A stretch of 64,000 bases of DNA from Selaginella moellendorffii (lineage: Eukaryota > Plantae > Lycopodiophyta). Shown in pieces: positions 62,212-64,000 of the stretch. The position numbers and the translations under genes are program-made. The notes below the pieces were generated by a model. The model was not told the origin of the DNA. It saw only the letters and a list, made by a program, of their open reading frames with translations, and searched no databases. Each line of letters begins with the position of its first letter. Position 1 is the first letter of the stretch. Location of the stretch: contig NW_003314310.1 of the NCBI RefSeq assembly GCF_000143415.4, positions 409,904 through 473,903 on the forward strand, read 5' to 3'.

Positions 62212-64000
62212 TGTAAGGAACCAACTCGCCGAGGTGTCGTAGGCTAAAGGAACCCCGAAAGCATGACCAAAATGACAAAGAGTTCATCGGATGGGACCAA
62301 GTCGAAGATCGAGTCCAAGACCGACTCTAGGACCGAGTTCGAGATAGCGTCAGGAATCGAGTCCGAGACCGACTCAGGGACCGAGTTCGAGTCCGAGTTT
62401 GAGACCGAGTTCGAGACGGAGTCCGAGATCCGAAATCGGGTCCGAGACCGAGTCCGAGGTCGAGTCCGAGGTCAGGTCCGAGATCGGGTCCGAGATCGAG
62501 TCCGAGATCGAGTCCGAGACTGAATCCGAAGTCGGATCCGAAATCGGGTCCGAGATCGAGCCAGAGACTAAGTCCAAATACTAATACGGGTCAAGGGGTG
62601 AAAGCCCAAAGCGTGCGTCTCCCAGGGGGGGGGGGGGGGGGGGGGCTGCAGGGGGTTCCAAAAGTATAGTAGGGATAGTGAGGTCCAGGAACCAGTTTTG
62701 AAGGGACTCTCCAGTTGGGCTTCCAAACCGACTTGAGGTTGAGACTGGGACCGAGGGGCCTTGGGTGGGAGTGAGCATGGACTTGGCTGGTGCCGGAGGG
62801 GCCATCCAAGGAAGTGCTCAAGAGTAGCTCCCACTCCCGAAAGGGAAACCGATTGCGGTGCTCCCGGCTCATGTGGAGTGGTGCCCCACTTGAGTACCAT
62901 GCGGCTCATTGGTCCTCACCCTTCCTAGGGGCTTGGGCCTTCCTTCGGGATGGAAGTGGGGGGGGGTAGAGGTACCCATACCGGGCCGCTAAGCCACGGT
63001 GTTTCGCCCTGGCATCCCGAAGCAAGTGTTGCACTCAAGACTTGGGATTTAGAGGGTCCCATGATCAAGTCTTGTGGTACCAAGGGAAGTTAGGAACCTG
63101 GAAGCTTGGTGTGCTTGGCTGCTTGGGCTTGCGGGGAGTGTAGCCGAACCTTAAGTCTAGTTTAACCCAGGGAGGGGGATTGGGAGTGATTTGGGAATCC
63201 GTGGAAGGATGGATAACACCCCGTTGCTCGTGCAGTGAGTAGCAGAAACCAAGTAGGAGTTAGTACCATAGGCGAGAACCTTGGCAAGGGAACTTAGCAA
63301 AAGCCAAGGCAATGTTGGACGGATAGACGAGGTAAGCTGGCAAATTGGAAAGGAAAAATTTGTGGCTTACAATTTGATATCAGAGCGGTCTCGGGTCCGA
63401 CTCTGTTGGTTGGCTAGGGGAATCACACCACATGTTGATTGACATCTGGCTAGTCCAGTTTGCTCCCGCTGGGCTCGACCCGAGGGGTAGGGTGTCAAGA
63501 GAGTGAGGCTCTCGGGAGAGCTACGGCTCTCAGCTTCCGTTCACGAGGGTGTGAACTTGCAGGGAAGCGTGGTGGATTGTAAGCAACTAAAGGGAACGAC
63601 TCGAGAGACGGTCCATGGGGTTCAAATATAGAGGGAAAGGGCCCATGAACAAGAGTGCACCCCCTTTTCCAATTGGTTAAGGGTCTTGGGATTGGGGTTA
63701 AGCGTCCTTGGGTTTGAATAGTACTGGGCTGGGTGACCTCCCGGGAAGTCCAAACTCAGGAGCTTACATTTGGTATCGGAGCTTTTTCCTCAGTTCTAGC
63801 GAAGGATAGAGGCGGATTGCTGGGAGATGGCAAGGGCAGGGCGTAAGCGAACCCAGGCGGAGACGGAACCTCTGCCGGAGCTGGAGCCTCCGGTCGAACA
63901 AGAGGCTATGGATGAGGAATCCTTACATGAGGAGGACTCTAGTGAGGAAATTTCCAAACAGGAGTCCGGTGGCGAGGTTCGGTCGTCCAAGGCTCGATTG
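62212..64000 (+). mobile_element. Family-A LTR retrotransposon 5' end: LTR 62212-63371, two PBS-like sites, gag starting at 63827 and running off the window
   Basis: The LTR is near-identical to 54348-55498. Gag start MARAGRKRTQAETEP matches the one at 41908. Confidence 0.92.

Overview
This is eukaryotic nuclear DNA from a land plant. The 45-70 nt introns, very tight gene spacing and a flagellar FAP77 gene point to a lycophyte such as Selaginella (inferred). Positions 1-13.6 kb are a compact gene island: laccase 3' end, FAP77/CFAP77-like gene, a duplicated [tRNA-Leu + secreted-peptide gene] unit, exportin-2/CSE1, a stand-alone gene derived from a chromoviral integrase C-terminus, a TKPR1-like reductase, a FIP1/TMEM192-like gene and an organellar LysRS pseudogene. 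A frameshifted Crinkler-type NTPase+nuclease gene follows. From about 18 kb onward the window is nested mobile DNA. The most striking object is a 13.7-kb DNA transposon (19986-33662) with perfect 25-bp TIRs and a Sola1-like DDD transposase. It carries a divergent multi-exon gene encoding a ParB-like domain, an amino-methyltransferase-like fold, an acidic linker and an FCP1-type HAD phosphatase, and about 30 copies of a 22-bp palindrome that I found only between the TIRs. A second ParB+MTase pseudogene (34.7-56.4 kb) is split by a nest of two related chromovirus LTR families. These families share a covarying structured 3'-UTR RNA (T-loop hairpins plus four-way junctions). All family assignments come from motif recognition by eye, not from database searches.
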